Positions 26,465-40,867 of a stretch of 64,000 nt of DNA are shown here, one piece after another. Within the stretch, counting starts at the first letter, position 1. Each line of letters starts with the position of its first letter. The DNA comes from Octopus vulgaris. Taxonomy: Eukaryota. The stretch covers positions 105,710,001-105,774,000 of the forward strand of contig OX597814.1 in the NCBI GenBank assembly GCA_951406725.2, written 5' to 3'. Below the pieces are notes generated by a model, which was given only the letters and a program-made list of their open reading frames with translations, had not been told where the DNA came from and did not search any database. The position numbers and the translations under genes are program-made.

Positions 26465-26965
26465 TCCGGTGGCTTTTGATCTTAATTGATTGGAAGTGTT
26501 ATCGGGTACATGTCTTGTCTTATTGTAAAATATGTACTACAGCAAATATTCTGCCCAATACCACAAATTTGCTTGTCACCTTAACCACTTGAGCATGCCC
26601 CTTGGTGGCTGATGATATATGAATCTCTGATCACGAGCAGGAGTATGGGTGGCATCATAGCCATAGTTTGAGAGGGATTCTTTAGGGTTTTTATAATTCA
26701 CTCCTAGTAACATGGGTATTTCGGTCATCATCATTAAACAATCCTTATTTAGGGACCTTTTGAGCAGGATGAGCTTCTCGACCTGAACAAACTGGGACCT
26801 ACATGCTTGGTCATGCCTGTGTATTTTGATACGAGATCACCATGTGGCACACGTATGGTCGTGATGCATGTGGTTGGTGTACCCTTATCAGAGGGGTAGT
26901 TGAGCTGCGTATATTTGTACCCCAACGTCACTTTGATGGCGTATGCTGCTCTCTCACCCAATAAC
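26465..26965. mobile_element. Unclassified ~500-bp interspersed repeat abutting AAT repeats
   Basis: Its end gtcactttgatggcgtatgctgctctctcacccaataa is approximately the reverse complement of 54145-54180 (ttattgagtgagagagcaatgcatgccatcaaagtgac), which also abuts (TTA)n. Confidence 0.55.
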
Positions 26966-26974
26966 AATAAACAC

Positions 26975-27364
26975 TTCTATTGGAAGCACAATGCCTCAAA
27001 TTTGTGTGGGGGGTGTTAAGATGATTTCATCAACCCCAGTGCGTGACTGGTACTTAATTTGATCGACCCCGAAATGATGAAAGCCAAATTCGACGTCGGC
27101 GGAATTTGAACTCGGAAAGTAACGACAGACGAAATACCTATTTCTTTACTACCCACAAGGGGCTAAATACAGAGAGGACAAACAAGGACAGACAAAGGGA
27201 TTAAGTCGATTATATCGACCCCAGTGCGTAACTGGTACTTAATTTATCGACCCCGTAAGGATGAAAGGCAAAGTCGACCTCGGGGGTATTTGAACTCAGA
27301 ACGTAACGGCAGAGGAAATACGGCTACGCATTTCGCCTGGCGTGCTAACGTTTCTGCCAGCTCG
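26975..27364 (-). mobile_element. SINE A head-to-tail dimer (young unit followed by old-tail unit)
   Basis: Junction cagacgaaatacctatttctttact at ~27126-27150. Confidence 0.88.
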
Positions 27365-28950
27365 ACTAATAATAACAACCCTTTCTTCAATCGATGTACC
27401 ATTTCAATTATTCCTCGTCAGGAATACAAATAAAAATGTAGCTTTAAACAAATCCCAAAGAAGGAATGGAAACTGTAGAGAAATTGCAAAACGAAACGGA
27501 AACCATAGTCTTAAAAAATAAAAAAAAAGATCTTATTAATAATGTATAATGTTTATTTTTGAGTAATGGAGGGAGTAAATGGAATCACGTGATGGCAATT
27601 GTGTGGGGAATAGAAGATCTCTTGGAGTCATTTCCAAGAATGTTATCGCTGCTGCATATGTTTGTCTTGAAATTTAGTTTTTATTCGACTCCAGTTTCGA
27701 CACGTTCGGATGGTTTCGCCCTTATTTGTTTAAAATGTAACTGCAACCACAGAGCAAGAGGGATTAAATCCTTGACATGGAAGGACCGAGCAGAAAGAGG
27801 AAGTGGTGGTGGTGGTGGTGGGGGGGTTGTGTAGTGTAGATGATGATGTTTTGTTGATGCAATAACGAAACGCTGGATAATGAAGATAAAGAGATGAGGG
27901 GATCATTAATGAAGAGGCAGTAAAGAAAAATAATAGAAATTAATTTCGTGACAGTGGCCGGGGTGATGTGTGGATGCTGACGTGGGACATGATTCGAAAA
28001 AGAAAAAAAAGCTGCGGTTGTTTTAGTTTATAAAAAAAGGTGATTCCTATATTTAAAAAAACAAACAAACCAAAACCTATTTTAGAAAAGTGTTGTTTAA
28101 ACGTTGTGCTTCCTTAAGCCGACTAACAAGGAATCACCAGCTCCGAATATTGAGATTAATGGTTTTATGCTTGTTTAGAAAATTTACTTTATTGATATTT
28201 ATTTAGCCCCCACCCACCCCTCATCTCCAGCCCTTGAGGTTTGCCAAATTTAGCCTTTATCCTCAATTGACATGATTTTACCATTATAGAGAATTTCCAA
28301 TGAAAAGATAGAAGAGTGTTATTTAAAAAGAAAATAATAGAATTTAAGAATAAAAGAAAGAAAATAACATCAGTTATTATTTTTAAATCGGGGTGGGGGC
28401 TAACGTAAAACAAGACAAAAATAAATGACTGCCATTGAAATGGTAGTTTAAAGGGTGGTGGAGTGAGAAATGCTAATTTGACTAGTGGAACGATGAGAAC
28501 GACAAGAACAACGCTGATTGATTTCGATTAGGTAGAAAGCTCTTCATTTACACAAGAAAATGCGATGTAATGGTCTTCATGCCTTCCCTAACAACGTGTA
28601 AACCACTGAAGTGAAGTGGTTAAAGAATAACGGTATCATACTCCAAGAGTTTCCACTTGTTTTCAAATAAGAGAACGACAACTGTAATAAGGGTTTCACA
28701 TTTTAGCACGCAAGGCCAGAAATGTTGGAAGAAGGGCGTAAGTCGATGGCATCGACTCAACTTCTCAACCGGTTCTTATTTTATCGACCCACAAAATAGT
28801 CAAAATCAACATCGGTAGAATTTGAAATGTTATGGCGGAGGAAATGCCGCTCAGCATTTTGACCGGAGTGCTACCGATTCTGTCAGCCCGCCGCTATTGC
28901 GACGACTGCATTATGTTTAAAGTTATAAGTATTGTTACAGTATTAGAAAT

Positions 28951-29412
28951 GCGGCGAGCTGGCAGAAACGTTAGCACGCCGGGCGAAATGCGTAGCCGTA
29001 CGTTCTGAGTTCACATTCCGCCGAGGTCGACTTTGCCTTTCATCCTTTCGGGGTCGATTAAATAAGTACCTATTTCTTTATTACCCACAAGAAACACAGA
29101 GGGGACAAACAAGGACAGGCATAGGTATTAAGTCGATTACATCGGCCCCAGTGCGTAACTGGTACTTAATTTATCGACCTCGAAAGGATGAAAGGCAAAG
29201 TCGACCTCGGCGGAATTTGAACTCAGAACGTAGCGGCAGACGAAATACCGCTCAGCATTTCGTCCGGCGCGCTAACGTTTCTGCCAGCTCGCCGCCTTAT
29301 TAAATAGGTACCAGTTACACACTGGGGTCGATACAATCGACTTAATCAGTTTGTCTGTCCTTGTTTGTCCTCTCTGTATTTAGCCCTTTGTGGGTACTAA
29401 AGAAATAGGTAT
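28951..29412 (+). mobile_element. SINE A containing a second SINE A inserted in antisense (~29066-29298)
   Basis: Outer 15-bp TSD tattgttacagtatt (28930-28944 / 29427-29441); inner TSD attaaata(a/g)gtacc. Confidence 0.92.
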
Positions 29413-29769
29413 TTTAATAAAGAAATTATTGTTACAGTATTGGTTATAGCTTGGTTTCGTTAGTAATACCAATAATATTTTTAATGATGTAATTAAAAAT
29501 CATTAGAGTCAATTTGAGTGGATGGAGTAGAAAATATGGTAGCAATGTTTGTGTAAAGAATCAAGTCTACTGGAACTATATTTTGGTTGAAGGGGTATTA
29601 TCAAAGAATTATATTCCAATATTACGGAATTGGAAACAACAACAGCCATTTTTGTGGGAACAGTGGGGTGGAGGACATTGGGAAGGAAGCGGACAATAAT
29701 TTTCGTTTTCAGTTCTTTTCACACTGACATATCTATGTGTCTACAGATGCGCACTATCACACATACACA

Positions 29770-30350
<581 letters not shown>

Positions 30351-31323
30351 AAAGATATAGTGTTTGTGCGTGTTTGTGAATGCACATACACACGCACATA
30401 CATATATATATATATGTATACAGATATCCATATATATATATATTTCTATATACAGATATTCATATACATACACACACACACACACACACACACATGACGT
30501 TAGAGGTTGAGAGTTAAAGGAATCATTTTGCACAATAGATATCCTCTTATAAGCAACTAATTAGTTCTTGTGAGAGAGAGCGTGTGTATGTGTGTGTGTT
30601 TGTGTGTGTGTATGTTTGTGTGCGTGTGTGCATTACACACATTTATAGGAGACATTAATTGCATTATCAGTGTTATTCTTGTGGTAAACAGTTCTCCTGG
30701 AACATTGTATTTGGATAGCCTTGAGAAAGAGTACACGTTTGTTTGTGTTTTAACTTAAAGACTCTAAGACAATACAGAACAAGCCAGCAGCAGCAGCGGT
30801 TTCAATTATTGTTGTGTAATGTAGTGAAAACGAAATAGACTTGGTTCAGTGTGATTTAGTTGGAGATATTTAGGTGTTTCTATTGTTCCAATGAATAATA
30901 CGAATATTAAGTTAGGGCCAAGGTCGTAGCTTTATTTAGAGATTTAGTTAATGAGGAAGTCTCTTCCTGATCTCTCGACCTGTTCGAAACGGCAGGCGAG
31001 ACTCTATCATATCTTGTTTACTTTGAATAATAGGATAACACAGTACGTAATGTACTCCTAGGTACACTGTATCGGAACAATGAATGACGGAATGACTTAG
31101 AGCGAAACTGCAGCAGTTTTATGTTATTATAAACATTGCTTGTTTCGTTTTCTTCGTGTTTTGTGTAAAATTTGTTACGTTGCGCGACTGCTTTTGTAAT
31201 CGTCAATATAAAAGACTTTTGTAGGTTCTCTAAGACAAAGGACAAGAGTCTAGCATCTTAATTCGTCTATTTGTTTTGCTTGTTCCAAACACGCCCGTAC
31301 CAAATATTACTGTTATTATATCC

Positions 31324-31660
31324 CATCTGTTTACTACCCACAAGGGGCTAAACACAGAGAGGACAAACAAGGACAGACAAACAGATTAAGTCGATTATAT
31401 CGACCCCAGTGCGTAACTGGTACTTATTTAATCGACCCCGAAAGGATGAAAGGCAAAATTGACCTCGGCGGAATTTGAACTCAGAACGTAGCGGCAGACG
31501 AAATACCTATTTCTTTACTACCCACAAGGGGTCAAACAAGGACAGTCAATCGGATTAAGTCGATTATATCGACCCCAGTGCGTAACTGGTACTTATTTAA
31601 TCGACCCCGAAATGATGAAAGGCAAAGTCGACCTCAGCGGAATTTGAACTCAGAACTTTT
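31324..31660 (-). mobile_element. 5'-truncated SINE A dimer inside a single TSD
   Basis: 14-bp TSD ctgttattatatcc at 31310-31323 and 31661-31674; internal junction gcagacgaaatacctatttc at ~31494-31513. Confidence 0.9.
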
Positions 31661-32062
31661 CTGTTATTATATCCGTGTTAATATTATAAAGTACCAGTGA
31701 AATACTGAGGCTCATATAATCAACTGTGTCTGCAGTGATCTTCCAAAGTTTCTATAGTTTAGCTCTTATGTGAGAAGTAACTCCTGATTTCTAAAGCTCG
31801 ATACAAGGTTACGATGTTCTGGAGAGTGTGTAATCGAACGCAGTAATATCAGTCCTTGATCGATACTTTATTTTAATCGATCCCGGATGGACGAAAAGGA
31901 AAATTTAGTTTGGCAGGATTTGAACCCAGAACATAAAGATCTATGACTAACACAGTTTGTCGGACGTTCTTACAGTTCTATATTTAAGAGATGAGGAATT
32001 ATGCACACATTATTTACATTATTTACATTTGACGGATGTTTGTCCTCATCTTGTTTGTTGTT

Positions 32063-32105
32063 AACACATTTCAGCTGATACACCCTCCAGCCTTCATCAG
32101 GTGTC
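32063..32105 (-). ncRNA. Minimal hammerhead motif, cleavage site deleted
   Basis: gacac-CTGATGA-a-ggctg-gagggtgtat-cagct-GAAA-t-gtgtt. Confidence 0.6.
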
Positions 32106-32171
32106 TTGGGCAAATTTCGAACCTGGATTCTCATTCCTAAAGTATTTTTCGATGTTGTTGCTTTTGTTGTA

Positions 32172-32220
<49 letters not shown>

Positions 32221-32299
32221 TCACTGCCTGGAATCAATGTCGGAATCCTGGGGTTAGTAGCCTGCGCTCCAGGTAGTGACTTGAATAATGATGATGATG

Positions 32300-32351
<52 letters not shown>

Positions 32352-32409
32352 TAATAATAATATCGAAAAATACCTTGGAAAGGAGAACCCAGGTTCGAAA
32401 TTTCCCCAA

Positions 32410-32455
32410 GACACCTGATGAAGGCTGGAGGGCATAACAGCCGAAAAGCTGTGTT
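32410..32455 (+). ncRNA. Minimal hammerhead motif, cleavage site mutated
   Basis: gacac-CTGATGA-a-ggctg-gagggcataa-cagcc-GAAA-agct-gtgtt; stem I gacac/gtgtt, stem II ggctg/cagcc. Confidence 0.65.
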
Positions 32456-32901
32456 AACAACAAAGATGAGGACAAATATCCATCAAATGTAAATAAGGAC
32501 GTTCTTACCATTCAACTAAGAGACAATCATTGTTTAGTAATTTTTTTAAAAAATGAAACTTTTTCACGAAAAACAGTGTAAAAGTCATCATCATCATCAT
32601 CATTGTCGTCGCCGCCATCGTCAAGGGGAATACTGTTGCAAGCACGATGACTTTGGTGATGCTGTAAACGATGATTTTCATACGCTTGTCATCATCGTCA
32701 TTGTTAGTGATCGTCAAGAAGATATCTGAGGATGAGAGCTGCCCTCCTCCACATCTCTCCTCTCCTTAATTCTAACTTGATTTTAATCTTTTGCCCTCCT
32801 CATTTTAATCATCTCCACCACCACCACCACCACCACTAGCATCATCATCATTGTCATAGTCGTCGCCGTTGTTGTACCAAACACAATGATAAACCTTCCT
32901 T

Positions 32902-32950
<49 letters not shown>

Positions 32951-33334
32951 ACCTAACCCGATTGAAACAAACAATGGAAACATGTTTTTACCATACATGT
33001 GTAGCATGAAGTTAGGTAACACATTTACAAACGTGTATGTGCGAGCGTGTGTGTCTAAGCATATATCTACAGGCATAGATATAGTTGAAAAACAACAGTA
33101 ACGGCCCAGCAAACTGTATATATAGTGTACATCTTGTTAACAGATATATTAGACTCCGCCCTAATTCTTAGTGCCCCCCCCCCCGCCACTCTGTGTTTAG
33201 GCATCGTTTTGTTATTAAATGTTGGCACCAGAAGCGCGATTAATTTTACTGTCAAGTGAGGCACTGCAACACAAAAAAAAAAACTGTCAATTTTAATCAA
33301 CATTCTTTAAGTGATATACACACTTGTGCACTTA

Positions 33335-33420
33335 TGTATGTAAGTATGCATGTATGTATGTATGTATGTATGTATGTATGTGTGTGTATATGTATGTATG
33401 TATGTATATATGTATATATG

Positions 33421-33483
<63 letters not shown>

Positions 33484-33900
33484 GTATATATATGTATATA
33501 TATATATATGTATATATATGTATATATATATATGTATATATGTATATATATGTATATATGTATATATATGTATATATGTATATATATGTATATATGTATA
33601 TATATGCATATATGTATATATATATATGTATATATATGTATATATGTATATATATATATGTATATATGTATATATATGTATATATGTATATATATATATA
33701 TGTATATATGTATATATGTATATATATGTATATATATATATATGTATATATATGTATATATATATGTATATATATATGTATATATATGTATATATATATG
33801 TATATATATGTATATATGTATATATGTATATATATGTATATATATGTGTATATATATGTATATATATGTATATATATATGTATATATATGTATATATATA
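33335..33900. repeat. (TATG)n / (TA)nTG low-complexity tract
   Basis: Directly visible; source of the ~200-aa Y/I/M/C ORFs. Confidence 0.97.
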
Positions 33901-33987
33901 TTTCCTGATTTCTCGTCTCTGTTCTGAATTTTCATTTGTGTTGACACATATATATTTTCCCCCTGTTACAAGAACACCCTCCCCTTA

Positions 33988-34030
<43 letters not shown>

Positions 34031-37000
34031 TGAAGTCAGACTAATCTCATGATCGTGCTGCTAATTTGCAATCCAGTTTCGATCCTAATCTGCTCAACTG
34101 ATTTCTCCATCAGTATATCTTTCCCACTATTAATTATTAACAAAAAAAAAAAAGAAAAAATGAAAATATCTCCAAGAGCTGTTCTCTTCCTGCAAGTCAC
34201 GGCACTAAATATGTTTGGTCTTGGTGTCTGTATGTTGCGGCCATTGTTAGGCTTTCTTGCTGAGGACCCCGGGTTACATCGCTTGTTAGATCTTCGTGAT
34301 ATAGAGGACGGCAATAGTTATTATATATGGTCGTGATGTGCATGTCCCGTTGCATTCTTAGTCGTATGTGATGTGTTTATCATGAGCACCATTACTTCTA
34401 CTTCTATTCTTCTAAAGTCTGACCACATTTCTTTCGAAGGTCGGGAGAATTAATCGGTTCGTACACCAGAGGGTGGATCACAACAGATCTGATATTCCCC
34501 GGTTTGTTGTTCCATATCACAATCAAACTGGAGGAGCTCTTATTTGTTACGTGTCACTTTTAGTTCGGTCATCTGCTAACCATCAATTAAATATATTTCC
34601 ACGTAGCCCTCCATCTGAATGATGGTGGGAGACATATCGGCATAGCCATTTCGGCGCCGCTGATTCGACGCCGACTTATTTGACATGAGACGTTTTAATG
34701 TTTCTCTCCTTATCTCCTCGCCTCCCTCCCTCCATTTATGTGAGCATATTTCTTTTTGTATGTATGCGGAGTAGGAAAGTCGTTATGTCAATCGTATACA
34801 ATTAATATGTTGTAATCTTTCTCTCTTTTACTTCCCCTCGCTCTCTTTCTCTCTCTCTTTTTTCTCTCTCTCTCTCCTTCTTTCTTTCTCTATATACCTA
34901 CATTTCTCTATGCGCGTACTTCAAGTGCTGCAAAGCAATGTCGCCAAATTAAACTGAATTTTCAAGTCAGTCGAGTGAGAATATCTGCGTCGCAAATGCT
35001 ACACCCAATCATTCCATTCCTTCTCGATCAGGTGTTGTCTGTGCCATTTTATATAACAGGATCCTGTGTACACTCTGAAATGAAAACAAAAGACAGATAG
35101 GTCATGGCTGGAAGGCTTCTGATCAAAGGACTCCTGAATCAGTGCGGATTACACGATAACAAGAACACCATTTTTGCGTAAACCAAGTGTAATTTTGTGT
35201 TGGCAGTGATGAAAAAATACAGGAGCATGCGCAGTGATTAAGGTAATGACAGTGAATACCTGACGATGGATATGTTGGGTGGTCGTTAGTCAAAATGAAG
35301 GAAACAAGTTATATCCCTCCTGCCTCTGGATAACAATAGATATTCCGTCGTTAATCAAAGATTACAGGGAAACGCGTGTGTAATTGATTCAATGTTAGTT
35401 TGTGAACACAACGAAAAGCGATGCAAAACAAACCAGATCTATGTCAGAATGAAATTGGAGACAATGTAAAGAGGTTTTGCGATATGTCTGTAATTGTTTT
35501 AATTATAATTGAAATGTCGTGGATTAATTAAGGAAGCAACTTATTAACGCTCCATTAACAGGAACGGAAAGCCTGACACCACATACGTGTTCATCAACAC
35601 ACGTATATAATTCTCAGTTATAACAGAGAAATATTTTATTGTGCAAAGCAAGGGAAGACCAGATGACAATTAATCATTAAACGTCGAGATATTAATTAGT
35701 TAAAACGAAGAGGCACTCAAAACAGAAATTTAATTACATACAATTTAAAATTAATATTTACTATTCATTCTGAGACTTTCGAAGAAAACTGGCGTTTCTT
35801 TTCTCTGGCATTAAACGGGAAGTTGAAGATTTCTTCATCGGACTGTAAACGGTTTCTAAGCCGTATATTGGTCGTTTCGAGACAGCATGAATCGTCATGC
35901 TCTATAGAAACAGAGAAAAGTCAAAACCGATTCCCATTCAGCACTTAGAAACCGTTTCTGAGACTGAAAATTGTTTCCAGAGGGTGCGACTTTATATAAA
36001 GTGTATATCTTATTCGGGGTGTTAGGAACACCTGACATAACCTAACTTCCATTGATTTCATTATATGCACATGTACACGCAAGCACACTCAAGTATATAT
36101 GTGTGTGTGTGTGTGTGTGTGCATACATATATATATGCATATATATGTATACACGTGAGGATCTTTATCACTCGCTGCATCCATATTTATACAGAAAAAC
36201 ACGTATATTTGTATATACATGTGTGTGCGTGTGTGTGTGTGGCGGTGCTCTAGTATAGTCTCAGTCAAATGAATGAAACAAGTAAGACAATCGAAGAATT
36301 TATGACAGAGAAACATTCTGCCTGACGAAAGCAGGCATTTCGAAGTTACTATCAAACTTTGCTTGTCAAAGTTTTAACAAATATGTATTTTACTAAAAGT
36401 GTTACTTTGTTATCCTTGAGTTAAATATTAAATTGATTGTTTTTTATATAACTTGACAGAAAAGCAAATATTTGCGCGCGTGCACACACATACAAAGTGA
36501 TTTGTGATGTGTGTGTGTGTGTATGTTTACATTTCTCGAATTTACATTAAAATAAAAAGTTCTTTTCGCTCATATCTGGATATGATCTCAGCCATTTTTT
36601 TCTTTTTATTATTATTATGCAGGCAACAGTTTACTGAATAAGTGAAGAAATGCCATATTTGGTAACTTCCTTTGCCTTTCAGCAAACTTATTTCCCTAGA
36701 GCAGCCGTGAAATGTCTCACTTATATATTTCTCATCATCACTTCGTCTGATGTTAAAGAAATGAGAGAGAGAGAGAAAGAGAAAGGATCGTAAGATGGGC
36801 GTTCAGTGTGGTGAATGAGAAAATATTAACTACTACTACTACTACTCATGATAATAATATATGATAATAATATATATATATATAAAGAAGACATGTTTTC
36901 GAGTTTGTGTTATGTGTGTATATCGTGTCTACGAAAGTGCAAGTGTGTGTGTGTGTGTGCGTGTGTAACTGTTCGCATGTATATGCTCGAAGTTGTGTTT

Positions 37001-37032
37001 ACAAGTGTGCTAGCTTGTGTGCGAGTAATATG

Positions 37033-37103
<71 letters not shown>

Positions 37104-37452
37104 ATGAGTGTCTCTGTGTGTTTATATATACGTGTGTGTGTGTGTGTAACTTTTGATTTCTTTATATATTCTCTGTTTCAATCCTCTTCTGCTCTGAAAC
37201 GCCCAAAACGACCGTAAAATATATAATAACTTATCATAAATCATATTTATTATTAATATTACATAACACTTCCGCTCCTACCCTCAGTCATGCGGCCATC
37301 TTTTCAACTTCTTATTTTCTTATTCTGCCTCCGCCCAACTTTTCTCTTTAGCTGCCATTCCACATTTTACATTAACGGACTGCTTCGTGTATTAATTGCC
37401 GTTCATGTTTGGTCACAGGTCTACTCTGGCCTGGCAGAACTGTAACTTATAA

Positions 37453-37684
37453 GGCGGCGAGCTGGCAGAAACGTTAGCACGCCGGGCGAGATGCTCAGCA
37501 GTATTTCATCTGCCGTTATGTTCTGAGTTCAAATTCCGCCCAGGGTCGACTTTGCCTTTCATCCTTTCGCGGTCGATAAATTAAATACCAGTTACGTACT
37601 GGGGTCGATGTAATCGACTTAATCCCTTGGTCTGACCTTGTTTGTCCCCTCTTTGTTCAACTCCTTGTGGGTAATAAAGAAATA
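37453..37684 (+). mobile_element. SINE A, full length
   Basis: Complete head to tail; 11-bp TSD agaactgtaac at 37436-37446 and 37685-37695. Confidence 0.93.
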
Positions 37685-38644
37685 AGAACTGTAACCAATT
37701 TCCTTTAACCGATATCATCTCTCCTTATTTTTGTGTTTGGTGAACGTAGGACTACCTTCCCTAATGCGACCGTCGTTTTTAAACTGGGATGATGGCATTT
37801 GATTGAACTTCAACTGCTATTTCTTGCAGGTTTGCTGACTACGCGGGCGCACGCGTGTGTGTATATTTGTTAACAACCGATGTGTAATTGGTTATGCAGA
37901 AACATTCGTGTGTGTGTGTGTGTGGAATAGTTCAATATAAGTATTGATGGTTTATACACGTATTCGAGTAACACTCAGAAGTGTATATATTTGTGTACAT
38001 TAGTGTATATATATATGTATATATATATGTTTATTTTATGCACCGTTTAGAATGAGTTTATGAATGCACATAATGTGCTAACACAGATTCACGGGCATAC
38101 ATTATCGACAGTGTGTATAAAGAGTGTAGATATACAGCCACATGTACGTTTCTTTTCTGAATGCGTAGATATTACACATGAATTGAGTGGAAACGAATCC
38201 CCTTCTGGGGACCAGATGAGTTCGGAAGATAAAGTGAACGTTCTCATATATCAACATGTTTCATTACTGTTATTTCAATAGAATATGATTCTTATATTCC
38301 CAATGAAACTGTGGCTTGTTGGCGATGAAATTGGATTGTTATCACATATACGCGTATATCTAATATATTGAGGTCTATGTGAGTGTGTGTGTCTGTGTGT
38401 CCATGGTAACATGGGCAGGCAGGCATACAGAATATTAAACCTTGATGTAGATTCCAAAATTGTACATACAAATCTACGTTGTCTCTATCCTGTATTTTCT
38501 TGGCGAGGTTCATGACCAGTGTATGTGTGTGTGAACCTCATTTTCTCTGCAATCTTGTTAAAAAAGACATTATAGGATAACTTAATGCGTTTTTTTTAAT
38601 CTTTTTTGTTTCAAACGTTTCAAATTCCAATCGTTAAGTTGTAG

Positions 38645-39052
38645 CCATCTGCTTCAGTCATTTGATTGTGGCCATGCTGGTGCACTGCATTTAGTTGAGC
38701 AAATCGACCCCAGAACTTATTCTTTGTAAGCCTAGTACTTATTCTATCTGTCTCTTTTGCCGAACCGCTGAGATACGGGGACGTAAACACACCACCATCG
38801 GTTGTCAAGCGATGTGGTGCGGGGGTGGGGGGAGGAAACAGATACACAAACATATACACACACATACGTATATATATATATATATATATACATATATACG
38901 ACGGGCTTCTTTCAGTGTCCGTCTACCAAATCCACTCACAAGGCTTTGGTCGGCCCGAGGCCATAGTAGATGACACTTGCCCAAAGTGCCACGCAGTGGG
39001 ACTGAACCCGGAACCATGTGGTTGGTAAGCAAGCTACTTACCACACAGCCAC
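38645..39052 (-). mobile_element. SINE family B, near full length
   Basis: Minus strand gtggctgtgtggtaagtagcttgcttaccaaccacatggttccgggttcagtcccactgcgtggcactttgggcaagtg: tRNA-like head followed by a CORE-like segment. Confidence 0.92.
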
Positions 39053-39288
39053 AGTGACCTAAAATAAGGGATATTCTACACATTACAAACCATTCCTGCT
39101 GGAATCGGTCGTGTGACCAAACTGTCCCCTAATTTCTCTGCTTGAATGAATTCTTAAACGATGCCATATCGTGGTTTAGCCGTAATTAATATACTACATC
39201 TTATCCTACAAGAATCATAATGACCATTTAAAAGACACGTACAAGCATACACACACACACACATCACAGAAATACCATTATACTACAC

Positions 39289-39565
39289 CATAGGTTCTCA
39301 AAGTGGGCGCTACCCCCCCCCCCACCGCTGGGCTTAGAGACGCTCCGGTAGGGCGCTGGTGCTTAAGGGGCGGTGGGGGTTGGGGTGGTAGAGAAAACGG
39401 AGGCGTTGGGAGGAAGGCAGTGGGTTGGGGGACGCCATGAATTTATTATAACATTATTATAATATCGTATACAAATTATATAATATCATATTAAATATTA
39501 AATGATTCATAGTAGAAATAAATTAGTAAAATATTTATTTATACATAAAAAAGGGGTGGGGCGTC
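39289..39565 (+). mobile_element. hAT-like MITE remnant
   Basis: Starts CATAGGTTCTCAAAGTGGGCGCTACCCCCC; G-rich subterminal region and AT-rich interior. Confidence 0.5.
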
Positions 39566-39805
39566 ACACACAAAAATCGATGTTCTTCATCCGTGACCCT
39601 CCCTTATGTTTGTATATCAATGACTCCATTGATTAATATATCGTTCCCTATTTAAAGTAATGACCTACTATTATTTCTAGCAGGTCGAGTAACCGTCTAA
39701 TTGTTCCGTGCTATTTGATTATATTATTTCAGATTTTAACTACAATGGCTAACATGTACACCTTTCTAAAGCCTGTCCATCCGTGTCTCTCGCTCTTTGG
39801 GTGTG

Positions 39806-39873
<68 letters not shown>

Positions 39874-40808
39874 ACACTATCTATTCTACAAGTGGATGGT
39901 GCTTACCAAAAGTACCAACTAACTTCTACATTCAAAATCCCCAACGAAACAGGAATTTATAGATTACATGTCCACATATGTGTTTTTTTCTATGTTTTTA
40001 TTTCTATGTTTTATTTCCTTGTGGATGCTTGCACCAAAAGAGAAAACGCGAGGCAGTAATCACTCCGATTGGATGCGATAAGTACATGTGACCCTTTCGC
40101 CATGCGGTGTACATATGTTCGTGTCTCGACGTTTACAGGTCCGGATGTGTTATTTTTATATTGCTTCAGAATATTCACACCAGTAAAGAATTCCTGCGTT
40201 TTAACAGACAACAACATGGACAGCTAGAATTGGTAAGAGTGGAAGAATATCACCTGTGCGTGCGTGCGCCTCTGTGTGTGTGCTATGTTCATTTAGTGGA
40301 TGGCATCAACTTGGAAAGTCAATTAGTGTTAATTAGTCCTATGGATCAGTTGTTAATGAGTTGCTGGAGTTCACATTTGGCGAAGAATACTGATAATAAT
40401 GAACTGAGGAAATTCGAGGAAATTACGTCGACAGAATCTTTGCAAATTGGTCAATTGGTAATGCTTAAGCCAGGTATATATGGCTCAGTTATCGATCTTT
40501 CATAACACTGATTGTCACATAGACGAATGTTTGAACGGTCAAAGCAAACGAAGAGGGAATTTGGACACTAAATAGGACAGTGTTTGCTAAACTTTTCAAA
40601 ACATAACACCAGTTTGCCACCATAACAAACAATAAATATACAATCGCCATCATAGTTTCAAGCATCTGTATGCCCTATACCCCTGAGTAAATACACATAG
40701 CCAAATAAATGGACTATGTGAGACAGGTAGTTACAGTCCATTAGGTTGGTTATTACGTAACTCAAATCATTTATAATAATATTTCATTGGACTTCCCAGT
40801 GAGAACCT

Positions 40809-40867
<59 letters not shown>

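Larger units (their letters stand above)
31974..32496. mobile_element. Inverted (head-to-head) dimer of a tRNA-like head / (TAA)n / hammerhead element with 12-bp TSD
   Basis: Arms ~32019-32232 and 32268-32496 are reverse complements; TSD ggacgttcttac at 31962-31973 and 32497-32508; the host is a decayed SINE A (~31790-31973). Confidence 0.85.
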
